Below are positions 21,701 to 33,700 of a stretch of 64,000 nt of DNA, piece by piece. Origin of the DNA: Macrostomum lignano (taxonomy: Eukaryota); contig NIVC01000697.1 of NCBI GenBank assembly GCA_002269645.1, positions 62,001 to 126,000 on the forward strand, written 5' to 3'. Each line of letters starts with the position of its first letter. The first letter of the stretch is position 1. Made by a program: the position numbers and the translations under genes. The notes below the pieces were generated by a model. It searched no databases. It had not been told where the DNA came from and saw only the letters and a list, made by a program, of their open reading frames with translations.

Positions 21701-24700
21701 TCTGGGTCAGACGAGACACTGCCCGATGCTCCGTCCTCCTGTGTGGAGACAAATTCACTTTGTTTGGTCATTGTTGGGCGTCAAGTTATAAACATATTAA
21801 ATCGCGATTAACTTCTATAAACTCTTGCAACTGCGAGCTAATTATAAATGCGCTGACGCGTGTACTTTTAATAAGCAAAGCTGTTTTTTTCTCATTGGCG
21901 ACAATTTCCACAGCCAAACATATGCGCACAATAAAGGAACAGAAACGATTTGTTACTTCACTGAAAGCGAAAAACTGAAAACAAAATTCAACAATTATTT
22001 TATTGATTATTGAGATAGCATAGCTCGGAGACAGGCAACTGTTATAATATTTAATCTTCAAGTTCTAATAATAGGCAGTATTGAGGTCCCATGCATGAAT
22101 TAACTTATACTAGCAAAATACTGCTGGAAGAAATTCACCTAAGGCAATGCTTACCTTCGTTGTCGAAACAAAGAACTTAAAATGTGATGACACACAAATT
22201 TAAATTAGTTCTGAAACCTTTCCGACTAAACAAAAGTTTCAATCTTGAGAAGGCAGAGGACAGGAGTGAGGTGGCTGTCGGATGGGGGGTAGAAAAGGAC
22301 AGGGAGTGAGGTGGCTGTCGGATTGGGGGTAGAAAAGGACAGGGAGTGAGGTAGCTGTCGGATTGGGGGGTAGACAAGAACAGGGAGTGAGGTGGCTGTC
22401 GGATTGGGGGTAGAAAAGGACAGGGAGTGAGGTGGCTGTCGGATTAGGGGGGTAGAAAAGAACAGGGAGTGAGGTGGCTGTCGGATTAGGGGGTAGAAAA
22501 GGACAGGGAGTGAGGTGGCTGTCGGATTGGGGGTAGAAAAGGACAGGGAGTGAGGTGGCTGTCGGATTAGGGGGTAGAAAAGGACAGGGAGTGAGGTGGC
22601 TGTCGGATTGGGGGGTAGACAAGAACAGGGAGTGAGGTGGCTGTCGGATTGGGGGTAGAAAAGGACAGGGAGTGAGGTGGCTGTCGGATTGGGGGTAGAC
22701 AAGAACAGGGAGTGAGGTGGCTGTCGGATTGGGGGTAGAAAAGGACAGGGAGTGAGGTGGATGTCAGGAGGGACAGGAGGCTAATGCTGTTTAATTTTTT
22801 ATACAAAAAGCATGAAAGATAAATAGATTAGTAGCAATATAGCCACATAAAAGTTAATCTAAAAACAGCACATGCAGCACCAAAAACATAAGTAAAAGCT
22901 GTCTAACCACTGAAGAACTGCGGAGAGCAGCTTGCTCGACGAACTCACCCCGGTAGACGATCGGCTTCGCGAATCGTTCGCCTCTCTGGAGTCCTCTGAG
23001 GGCATTGATTTACATTATGTCGATTAGTGATTAACTCGAATATTGCTGAATAGGTGAGGTAAGCTAGCGGATAAGGCATTTGGCGATTTAAAAATCTAGA
23101 CACCCATCACAAGTCTAGATACCCAATAATTAGAAGCACAGACACCCTACACAGGAAGTACAGACACCTACACCAGAAGCACAGACACCCTACAAGGCCC
23201 CAAACTCACCTGAGTTGAAGGTTGAAAAGCTGGTCCCCCGAGCCTGGCCACTGCCAGACCGATTGTAGTCCACAGCGGACAGCTCCAGCAGTTGCAGCCG
23301 GCCGTCCACTCCGCTGCTGCTCAGCGTGACGCTGACCCCCCGGATTTTCACAGTCAAGCTGCTGGCGGTCCACTGGGCCCTCGGCCGGCGCTTCAGGCCG
23401 TCTTTATAGCCGGCCAGCTCCATGGTGAAGCAGGCGCGCAACTGTAGCTCCCCGGTGGACATTTGAATGCCGTGACGGCGAGAGAAGGATACCCAGTACC
23501 TAGTGATGGGATGCATGTATTATGCCGATGATTGATTGTTCATTTGTTAGCGCACCTGAAGCATCAAGACCGACTTTATGACACCATCTTGACCATCAAT
23601 CTTGGCACCATCTTGACCATCAATCTTGGCGCTTATCTTGACCATCAATCTTGGCACCAGCCTGACCATCATCACTCTTGGCGCCATCTTAACCATCATC
23701 AATCTTGGCGCCAGCCTGACCAATCTTGGCGCCAGCTTGACCATCAATCTTGGTGCCATCTTGACTTATCAATCTTGGCGCCATCTTGACTTATCAATCT
23801 TGGCGCCATCTTGACTTATCAATCTTGGCGCCATCTTGACTTATCAATCTTGGCGCCATCTTGACTTATCAATCTTGGCGACAGCTAAAGCATCAATTTT
23901 GGCGCTTATCTTGACCATCTCAAACTCTGTCACGCAGCTTCTGTCACTCTGAAGAATCGATAACAAAAGGATAAACTAAACCCTAAAAGACTTACTCAGA
24001 CAGGGTGCGCGGACAGGCGAGATTCAAGCGGAAGCTGCGCAAACTGCGGCCAAATAGCGGCTTCCGGCCACCGACGCCGGCACCGCCGCGACCTCCGACG
24101 TTCTGACGAAAGATCTGGCCGCGTCGTATCGGCCGGGACACCTTGGTGAGGCAGGTGGCCAGCTTGTCGAAGAATTTCAACGCGTTTGTGTAGCAGTTGG
24201 ACTCGGCCACTGGGTCGGGGCTGCCGGCGGACGCTTCGCGTGGAAGGCCTATGCCAACTCGCAGGTCGAATGTGAGGTTGATGCCGCGAGTGCGGAACTG
24301 GGCGAACGAGTCCAGGCTCGACTAGCGGTTGACGGATTGAACGGCGGGTGATTTGGAACTGCTTTTTGGCTGTGTGAACTGCCAGTGATTGATTTTGTGA
24401 ACTGCCAGTGATTGATTATGTGAACTGCCAGTGATTGATTGTGTGAACTGCCAGTGATTGATTGTGTGAACTGCCAGTGATTGATTGTGTGAACTACCAG
24501 TGATTGATTGTGTGAACTGCCAGTGATTGATTGTGTGAACTGCTTTTGGTAGGCTAAACTACGAGTGATTGTGTGAGCTGCCAGTAATTATGTGAACTAC
24601 GAGTGATATTGCAAACTACGAGTGATCAATGAAATTAAACTAACAAGATCAGTGCCTTTTGGCAGCCTGTCAGGATTGACCGGCATCACGGAGTGGTGAT

Positions 24701-27700
24701 CATTGGGATTGCCGTCCGTGATCCATTCAATCAGTATGTTGTACCGAGTGGCAGGAAAGTGGAACAAGCGGCAATCGTCGTATTTCGAAGCGGTACGGCA
24801 GTGCACGTCGAGATCGCCTTGGAAACTCCAGAGCACTGCAGCGTGGATGGGTGAAGGTGCGGTGGAGTGAGTAGAGACGGGTGGGCGATGAGCGGATACA
24901 GATGAGGGGCGGATACAGATGAGGGGCGGATACAGGTGAGGGGGCGGAAACAGGTGAGGGACGGATACAGGAGAGGGGCGGATACAGGAGAGGGGCGGAT
25001 ACAGGTGAGGGGCGGATACAGATGAGGGGCGGATACAGGTGAGGGGGCGGAAACAGGTGAGGGAGGATACAGATGAGGGGCGGATACAGGTAAGGGGCGG
25101 ATACAGGTGGGGGAGGATACAGATGAGGGGCGGATACAGGCGAGGGCGGATACAGATGAGGGGCGGATACAGATGAGGGGCGGATACAGGTGAGGGGGCG
25201 GAAACAGGTGAGGGGGCGGATACAGGAGAGGGGCGGATACAGATGAGGGGCGGATACAGATGAGGGGCGGATACAGGAGAGGGGCGGATACAGGAGAGGG
25301 GCGGATACAGGTGAGGGGCGGATACAGGAGAGGGGCGGATACAGATGAGGGGCGGAAACAGGTGAGGGAGGATACAGGTGAGGGGCGGATACAGGTGAGG
25401 GGCGGATACAGGAGAGGGGCGGATACGGGTGAGGGGCGGAAACAGGTGAGGGAGGATACAGATGAGAGGGCGAATGGAGGTAAGGGGCGGATACAGGTGA
25501 GGTGCAGATACAGGTGAGGGGCGGATACACATGAAGGGTGGATACAGATGAGGGGCGGATACAGGTGAGGGGGCGGATACAGGAAAGGGGCGGATACAGA
25601 TAAGGGGCGGATACAGATGAAGGGCGGATACAGGTTAGGGAGGATACAGATGAGGGGCGGATACAGGTGAGGGGCGGATACAGGTGAGGGAGGATACAGA
25701 TGAGGGGCGGATACAGGCGAGGGCGGATACAGGAGAGGTGATAATACCGAAGAGGATTTGACTTCCTCAATCAATTCCAGCTCAACTCACTATTAGTCCA
25801 CTCGAAGTCCACCCCGTTAGACCATCGCAGTTCGAGAAACTCCGTAGAGTTGCAGGGATCTCCGCTGGTGTGATAGCGCCAAACCATTTCCTTAGCCTCG
25901 GCCACCAGAGTGCCGTGGTACTTCAGCCGGCATTTATCCCACCAGGGCATGGGCGGACTGGGGTCCCTAGTCGGCCTGAGGATGTTATTAAAGCACTGGT
26001 TGAACCAATCGAAAGCCGGCTGCCAGTTGGATCCGTAGCACAGCTCGGCCAGCTGCAGTCGCATCCGGGCGTCGTGGAAGAATTTCAACGGCGGCATGCA
26101 ACGAATGACGGTGGCATTTGGCCAGGGACTGCCAGGCTCCACGGTGACGAATCGGATGGAGTTGGGGCTGGGCGCGCTCTCGGCCACCACTAGGCGAGTC
26201 TGCAGGCTGAGCTCCTTAGTGCGCAGCAGGCACTCCGGATAGTCGCGCAGCTGGCAAGTCCAAGCGGCCGCGTCAACAAGCAGCCGCCGGCCGTAGAGGG
26301 TGCCGAACTCGTGGCCGGGCGGCAGCGGCGACCACGGATCGATGCTCGACATCGCTTGCAGGAGCCGGCCGCGGCCTCTGAGCGAAGTGTCCAGCAGCCA
26401 GGCTACGGACAGGCGGCTGACGGACCAGGTCATCAGAGTCTGGCTAGCCGGGCACTCGCGCAGCTTCATCTTACGCTTAATAAATGTGTCGGCTTTGCGG
26501 GCGTGCAGCTGCTCGCTAATCTGGGCCAGTTTGTCCCTATCGAGGTGGCCGGCCCGTCTAGCCATGGCCTGGGCGATGAGGATTCGCTCCTCAGTCTCCA
26601 GGCATTCGTCCAGCATCAGCAGGTAGTTTTCGCTCAGGTTAAGCTCGAATGGATCGTCGTGCAGCTCGATGGTTAGAGACTGAAATTACACGGGATTATT
26701 AATGATAAAAATAGCCTTCCGGTCCCTCCATGTAGCCTTCCGGTCCCTCCATATAGCCTTCCTATCCCTCCATGTAGCCTTCCTATCCCTACATGTAGCC
26801 TTCCGGTCCCTCCATATAGCCTTCCTATCCCTCCATGTAGCCTTCCTATCCCTACATGTAGCCTTCCTATCCCTACATGTAGCCTTCCTATCCCTCCATA
26901 TAGCCTTCCTATCCCTACATGTAGCCTTCCTATCCCTACATGTAGCCTTCCTATCCCTACATGTAGCCTTCCTATCCCTCCATATAGCCTTCCTATCCCT
27001 CCATATAGCCTTCCTATCCCTACATGTAGCCTTCCTATCCCTACATGTAGCCTTCCTATCCCTCCATATAGCCTTCCTATCCCTCCATATAGCCTTCCTA
27101 TCCCTCCATATAGCCTTCCTATCCCTACATGTAGCCTTTCTATCCCTACATGTAGCCTTCCTATCTCTACATGTAGCCTTTCTATCCCTACATGTAACCT
27201 TTCTATCCCTAGCCTTCCTATCCCTCCATGTAGCCTTCCTGTCCCTCCATGCAGCCTTTCTATCCCTCCATGTAGCCTTCTTGTCCCTCCGTGTAGCCTT
27301 CCTGTCCCTCCATGTAGCCTTCCTATCCCTCCATGTAGCCTTCCTGTCCCTACATGTAGCCTTCCTATCCCTACATGTAGCCTTCCTGTCCCTAGCCTTC
27401 CTGTCCCTACATGTAGCCTTCCTATCCCTACATGTAGCCTTCCTGTCCCTAGCCTTCCTATCCCTACATGTAGCCTTCCTATCCCTAGCCTTCCTATCCC
27501 TAGCCTTCCTATCCCTCCATGTAGCCTTCCTGTCCCTACATGTAGCCTTCCTGTCCCTCCATGTAGCCTTCCTATCCCTCCATGTAGCCTTCCTATCCTT
27601 ACATGTAGCCTTCCTGTCCCTCCATGTAGCCTTCCTATCCTTACATGTAACCTTCCTGTCCCTCCATGTAGTCTTCCGGTCCTTCATTGTAGCGCCGCTA

Positions 27701-30700
27701 CCTACTTCCGGTTCTATAATTTAGCGCCGCTACATACTTCTGGTTTTTCTGTTTTTCTTTTTACACCCCCTTGATCTGCTTGTCCTTCAATTGTATATAT
27801 TTCAGCAAAAATTCGGAACATTCACCCTATTTTTAGCTGCACCCGAATGAAAAACAACAAAGGCACACACGAATTCTACAGTTTTTTTCAGAAGCAATAC
27901 ACAACTCACGCCAATGTTGACGCAGATGTCCGGGCCCAGCGGCACACTATCATCTTCGATGAGGTCTTTGTCCGTGTGATTGTGAACGCTTCTTAGCCAC
28001 TTTCGGGTGCTCAAAACCTGATAAGTAAGATACAAAAAATTTTGCTTAAATCAGTGATTAGCTATATTGAAAACACATTCTAGCAGCCTCTGCACCCGGA
28101 GTGAACACCCAACCCAATACCCTCCAGCCGGAGTGAACACCAACCCCAACACCTCCAGCCGAAGTGAACACCCACCCCAACACCCTCCAGCCGGAGTGAA
28201 AATCCACCCCAACACTCTCCAGCCGGAGTGAACATCCACCCTAACACTCTCTAGCCGGAGTGAACATCCACCCCAACACCCTCCAGCCGGAGTGAACATC
28301 CACCCAACACCCTTCAGCCGGAGTGAACACCCACCCCAACACCCTCCAGCCGGAGTGAACACCCACCCCAACACCCTCCAGCCGGAGTGAACACCCACCC
28401 CAACACCCTCCAGCCGGAGTGAAAATCCACCGCAACACCCTCCAGCCGGAGTGAAAATCCACCGCAACACCCTCCAGCCGGAGTGAACACCCACCCCAAC
28501 ACCCTCCAGCCGGAGTGAAAATCCACCGCAACACCCTCCAGCCGGAGTGAAAATCCACCCCAACACCCTAGACAGGAGTGAACACCAACCCCAACACCCT
28601 AGACAGGAGTGAACACCCACTTAAAACACCCTGAGCTCAGAGTGAACACCCCTATATTACAGTTAGCAAACCCCTGAAGCAACGCTCACGTGATCCATGC
28701 ACTCGTAGAAATCGAACTCAAATGGAAACCGAACCAACAGCGTATCCATCGCCGTAGTGTATACTTTGTTCTCTGGCACGTTGAGTCCCACTCTGGGTTG
28801 TCGATGAGTCGACGCAGACACGGTGAGGGCGACAGCCTGGAAGATGCGCCGGCTATCAAAGTAAAGCGACGCGGTTTCGCACCTGGCAATGCCGGACTCG
28901 AGCTGCAGGCTGGACAAGCACAAATTAAGCCCGTGAGAACTGCTCAATTGCAGAGTTAAGCTAACTTGCTGCTGCAAATTAACAATGAGCAGAGCTCTAG
29001 CAGGCCCCGAGCTCGGCTTAGACGCGTCATCATGTCTCCCAGCCTCACTAATTTCAGCCGGATGCATCAGTTTAAGAATGGGCGCCAGGCAGTGCTCGTG
29101 AATGTCTTTCAAGCACAGGTGAACTCCGGGACTCCAGAAAGCCTCAATGGGATCAGAGCAGATTAGTTTAAGCCGGCCGTGCGGCCCAGTCTTGGCGTGC
29201 AGCATGTGCAGCGACAGAGCCACCGAGCGAGGCGTCTTAGCCAACCAGCTGGAATAATGGAGCACCTTCAGCAGCTTCAGATCCATGGAGACAGTCGCTC
29301 CGCCAAAGCCAGTCTGCTGATGGTGCTGATGCTGGTGCGAGCGCAATTCGAGATCGAGCTGGCGTAACCAAACCCGGATGTGATCTCCGCAGGTGCTCAC
29401 GGCTGACAGGATGCCCTCTTGTAGTGAGGCATGGAGCAGTATTGCGGGCCTTCGGAATGCCAGCAGAGGAGGCTGGGGCTGCCGATTGGGCTGCTGCTGC
29501 TGCTGCTGCTCGGACTGTTGCTGGGCAAAGCTGGCAGCCCATGCGTGCACAAGTTGAGTAAGAGTCTGCACCAGCTCTCTAGTGACCTTGAGCTGACAGC
29601 GGGAGACAGTCAGCTTTGTCTGCAGAGCATCGCTTTGTCCAGATAGCTTTGGGCACTGAAATTTATTGATAATATATGGTTTTAGAAGTGATACTAACCG
29701 TATAATAATCCTCTCCGAGTTATTCAATGATAAAAGCTGTCTAGTATTCTCTCCAATGTACACTTTCCACCCCATATTATACTCAAATGCACACTTTACA
29801 CCTTCCTATACACTCCTACGAGCGTACATTCCAATGCACACTTTCCACCTCCTATACGCTCCAATGTACACTTTCGACCTCCTATACGCTTCAATGTACA
29901 CTTTCCACCTTCCATACGCTCCTACACTCCAATGAACACTTTCCACATCCTATACACTCCAATGTACACTTTCCACCTCCTATACGCTCCAATGTACACT
30001 TTCCAGCTCCTATACACTCCAATGTACACTTTCCACCTCCTATACGCTCCAATGCACACTTTCGACCTCCTATACACTCCAATGCACACTTTCCACCTCC
30101 TATACACTCCAATGCACACTTTCCACATCCTATACACTCCAATGCACACTTTCCACATCCTATACACTCCAATGTACACTTTCCACCTTCCATACGCTCC
30201 TACACTCCAATGCACACTTTCCACATCCTATACACTCCAATGTACACTTTCCACCTTCCATACGCTCCTACACTCCAATGCACACTTTCCACATCCTATA
30301 CACTCCAATGTACACTTTCCACCTCCTATACACTCCAATGCACACTTTCCACATCCTATACACTCCAATGCACACTTTCCACATCCTATACACTCCAATG
30401 TACACTTTCCACCTCCTTTACGCTCCAATGTACACTTTCCAGCTCCTATACACTCCAATGTACACTTTCCACCTCCTATACGCTCCAATGCACACTTTCC
30501 ACCTCCTATACGCTCCAATGTACACTTTCCACCCCATATTATACACTCCAATGTACACTTTCCACCTCCTATACGCTTCTACATTCCAATGAACACTTTC
30601 CACCTCCTATACACTCCAATGTACACTTTCCATCAATATACGCTCCAATGTACACTTTCCATATAATATACGCTCTAATATACACTTTCCACCCCATATT

Positions 30701-33700
30701 ATACACTCCAATGTACACTTTCCATATAATATACACTCCAATGTACACTTTCCATATAATATACGTTCCAATGTACACTTTCCAGATCCTAGAGACTCCA
30801 CTGTACACCCAGCACTCATCCAGCCACTCACGGTGATGTGACAGCTGTCAATCTCCAGCGCATTGGCCAGGCTGCTGTCCAGCACTCGCATGTGAGCGGG
30901 ATTCTGATTAGACAGTTGAACGCACAGCGGGCCTTGAAGATCGCAGCTGGCGCACTGAATCTGGCAGGCAACTGGCGGCCTGTAGCCGCCGTGAGTGTCC
31001 AGCACCAGGTCCAGCTTAGTTGGGCCGTAGGTGACTCGCAGGCCGGGCTGCAGCTCGGTGACGCCGAACTCCAGACACAGCGACTGGCCAGGCTCGGCGC
31101 GCACGTCCAGAATCATCTCGATCCGCTTGCTGCCAAGCAGGCGGCCCAGACGAGCGCGGAGTCGCTGACGCCGACGACGCGGCGAAGATGTCACCGCGGC
31201 AGCCGGGGCCGGCGACGGTGTCGGCGAGGGCGACGGCGAGTTGTCAGCGCCGCGAAGGCTACGAGGCAGCACGCTGCGCAGATAGTGGGCCCAGAATCTG
31301 GCCTCTTCCACTTGGTAAGCGAAGAACGGCGTGAGCAGTGCCAGCTTGAAGTCTATCACCTTCGGGTACAACTGGAGGTGCGGCGGCGTGTGGCGAGCAA
31401 TCAGTCTTTGTTTTGATATTCTTCTTTGAGTAACTTTATCATCGTTGGGGTCATTGATTAGGCAGTATTGGACTGTGAGTTCACGGGTAAGTGCATTCTC
31501 AGGTAAGTAAGTAGTCTCAGGTCGTTGAGTAGAGTAGAGGCGAGTGTACACCGAGGTGAGTAGAGTAGAGGTGAGTGTACACCGAGGTGAGTAGAGTAGA
31601 GGTGAGTGTACACCGAGGTGAGTAGAGTAGAGGTGAGTGTACACCGAGGTGAGTAGAGTAAGGGTGAGTGCACACCGAGGTGAGTAGAGTAAGGGTGAGT
31701 GTACACCGAGGTGAATAGAGTAGAGGTGAGTGTACACCGAGGTGAGGAGAGTAGAGGTGAGTGTACACCGAGGTGAGTAGAGTAGAGGTGAGTGTACACC
31801 GAGGTGAGGAGAGTAGAGGTGAGTGTACACCGAGGTGAGTAGAGTAGAGGTGAGTGTACACCGAGGTGAGGAGAGTAGAGGTGAGTGTACACCGAGGTGA
31901 GGAGAGTAAGGGTGAGTGTACACCGAGGTGAGTAGAGTAAGGGTGAGTGTACACCGAGGTGAGTAGAGTAGAGGTGAGTGTACACCGAGGTGAGTAGAGT
32001 AGAGGTGAGTGTACACCGAGGTGAGTAGAGTAAGGGTGAGTGCACACCGAGGTGAGTAGAGTAAGGGTGAGTGTACACCGAGGTGAGTAGAGTAGGGGTG
32101 AGTGTACACCGAGGTGAGTAGAGTAGGGGTGAGTGCACACCGAGGTGAGTAGAGTAGAGGTGAGTGCACACCGAGGTGAGTAGAGTAGAGGTGAGTGTAC
32201 ACCGAGGTGAGGAGAGTAGATGTGAGTGTACACCGAGGTGAGTAGAGTAAGGGTGAGTGTACACCGAGGTGAGTAGAGTAAGGGTGAGTGTACACCGAGG
32301 TGAGTAGAGTAGGGGTGAGTGTACACCGAGGTGAGTAGAGTAGGGGTGTGTACACCGAGGTGAGTATTGCAAAGAACGCGCACTCAAGTAAGCAGTCCAT
32401 GGGCACATGTAACTGTGCACACAGTTTATGCCGACTCACATCGCCAAAGAATTCAAACTTTTTCACTTTAGCAAACGGAATGTCATCGTTGAGCACAACG
32501 GCAAAGTCGCACAGCGCCAACCGCATGCTGGCTTGACCAGCGAATTCGTCAGCAGCAGCAGCCGCCGCTGCCGCCACTGAAGCGGATGCGATCGAGTTGC
32601 GCCCGCCGCCTCCGCCGTCTCTCTCCTCGGCGGCGGTGTCGTTCTGCAGCTTGGCGCTGAGCGCCGACCATTCAAGGACGAGGCTGCGGCGGCACATCTC
32701 GCGCTCCAGCTCGCAGTGCAGGGCGTCGATCTTGATTTTATTGAATTCGTAATTGGCTTTCAAACCCTCCATTGGAAGCATCATGCATGGTTTTCGCAGA
32801 CTTCCCTAAATGAAGATACTAAACCATCTCTTACCAACTAGTTCACTCCCCAAGCCCACTACCCAAGACTAAGCTCGCTACTCATTACACTAAGCTCACT
32901 ACTCACTACACCAACTCACTACACTAAGCTCTCTACTCACTACACTAAGCTCTCTACTCACTACACTAAGCTCACTACTCACTACACTAAGCTCGCTACT
33001 CACTACACTAAGCTCACTACTCATTACAATAAGCTCACTACTCACTACACTAAGCTCGCTACTCACTACACTAAGCTCGCTACTCATTACAATAAGCTCA
33101 CTACTCACTACACCAACTCACTACGCCAAGCCACAACGAACCTGAAGCTCTGCTCTTCGCGGCAGCCAGAACAGCGGGCTGCCTTCTTCGTCAATCGAAG
33201 CGGACGCCGGTGGCCTCGCGCCGCCGCCAGCAACGACGGGAATCGCTGAATTGTCAGCGGCTTCAGCTTCGTGCAGACCTGCGCGATTGAATCCGTAGGT
33301 GTACAGACTGCGCATCAGCCTGAGCGACTCCTGGGTCTTGGCGTAGTCTTTCAGGTAGGCGAAGAATTCTGAAATAACAATAGGAAATCGTGAAGGAAAT
33401 TATTGCCGACAACTGAAAATGTCACTCAGTGGACCGCTGTCACAAACCCTGTTCACTCAGTGGACCGCTGTCACAAACCCTGTTCACTCAGTGGACCGCT
33501 GTCACAAACCCTGTTCACTCAGTGGACCACTGTCACAAACCCTGGTCACTCAGTGGACCGCTGTCACAAACCAGCTGGTCACTCAGTGGACCGCTGTCAC
33601 AAACCAGCTGGTCACTCAGTGGACCGCTGTCACAGACCAGCTGGTCACTCGGTGGACCGCAGCCGCCACCCAAAATAGATGTACGCTACCATCAAACAAC

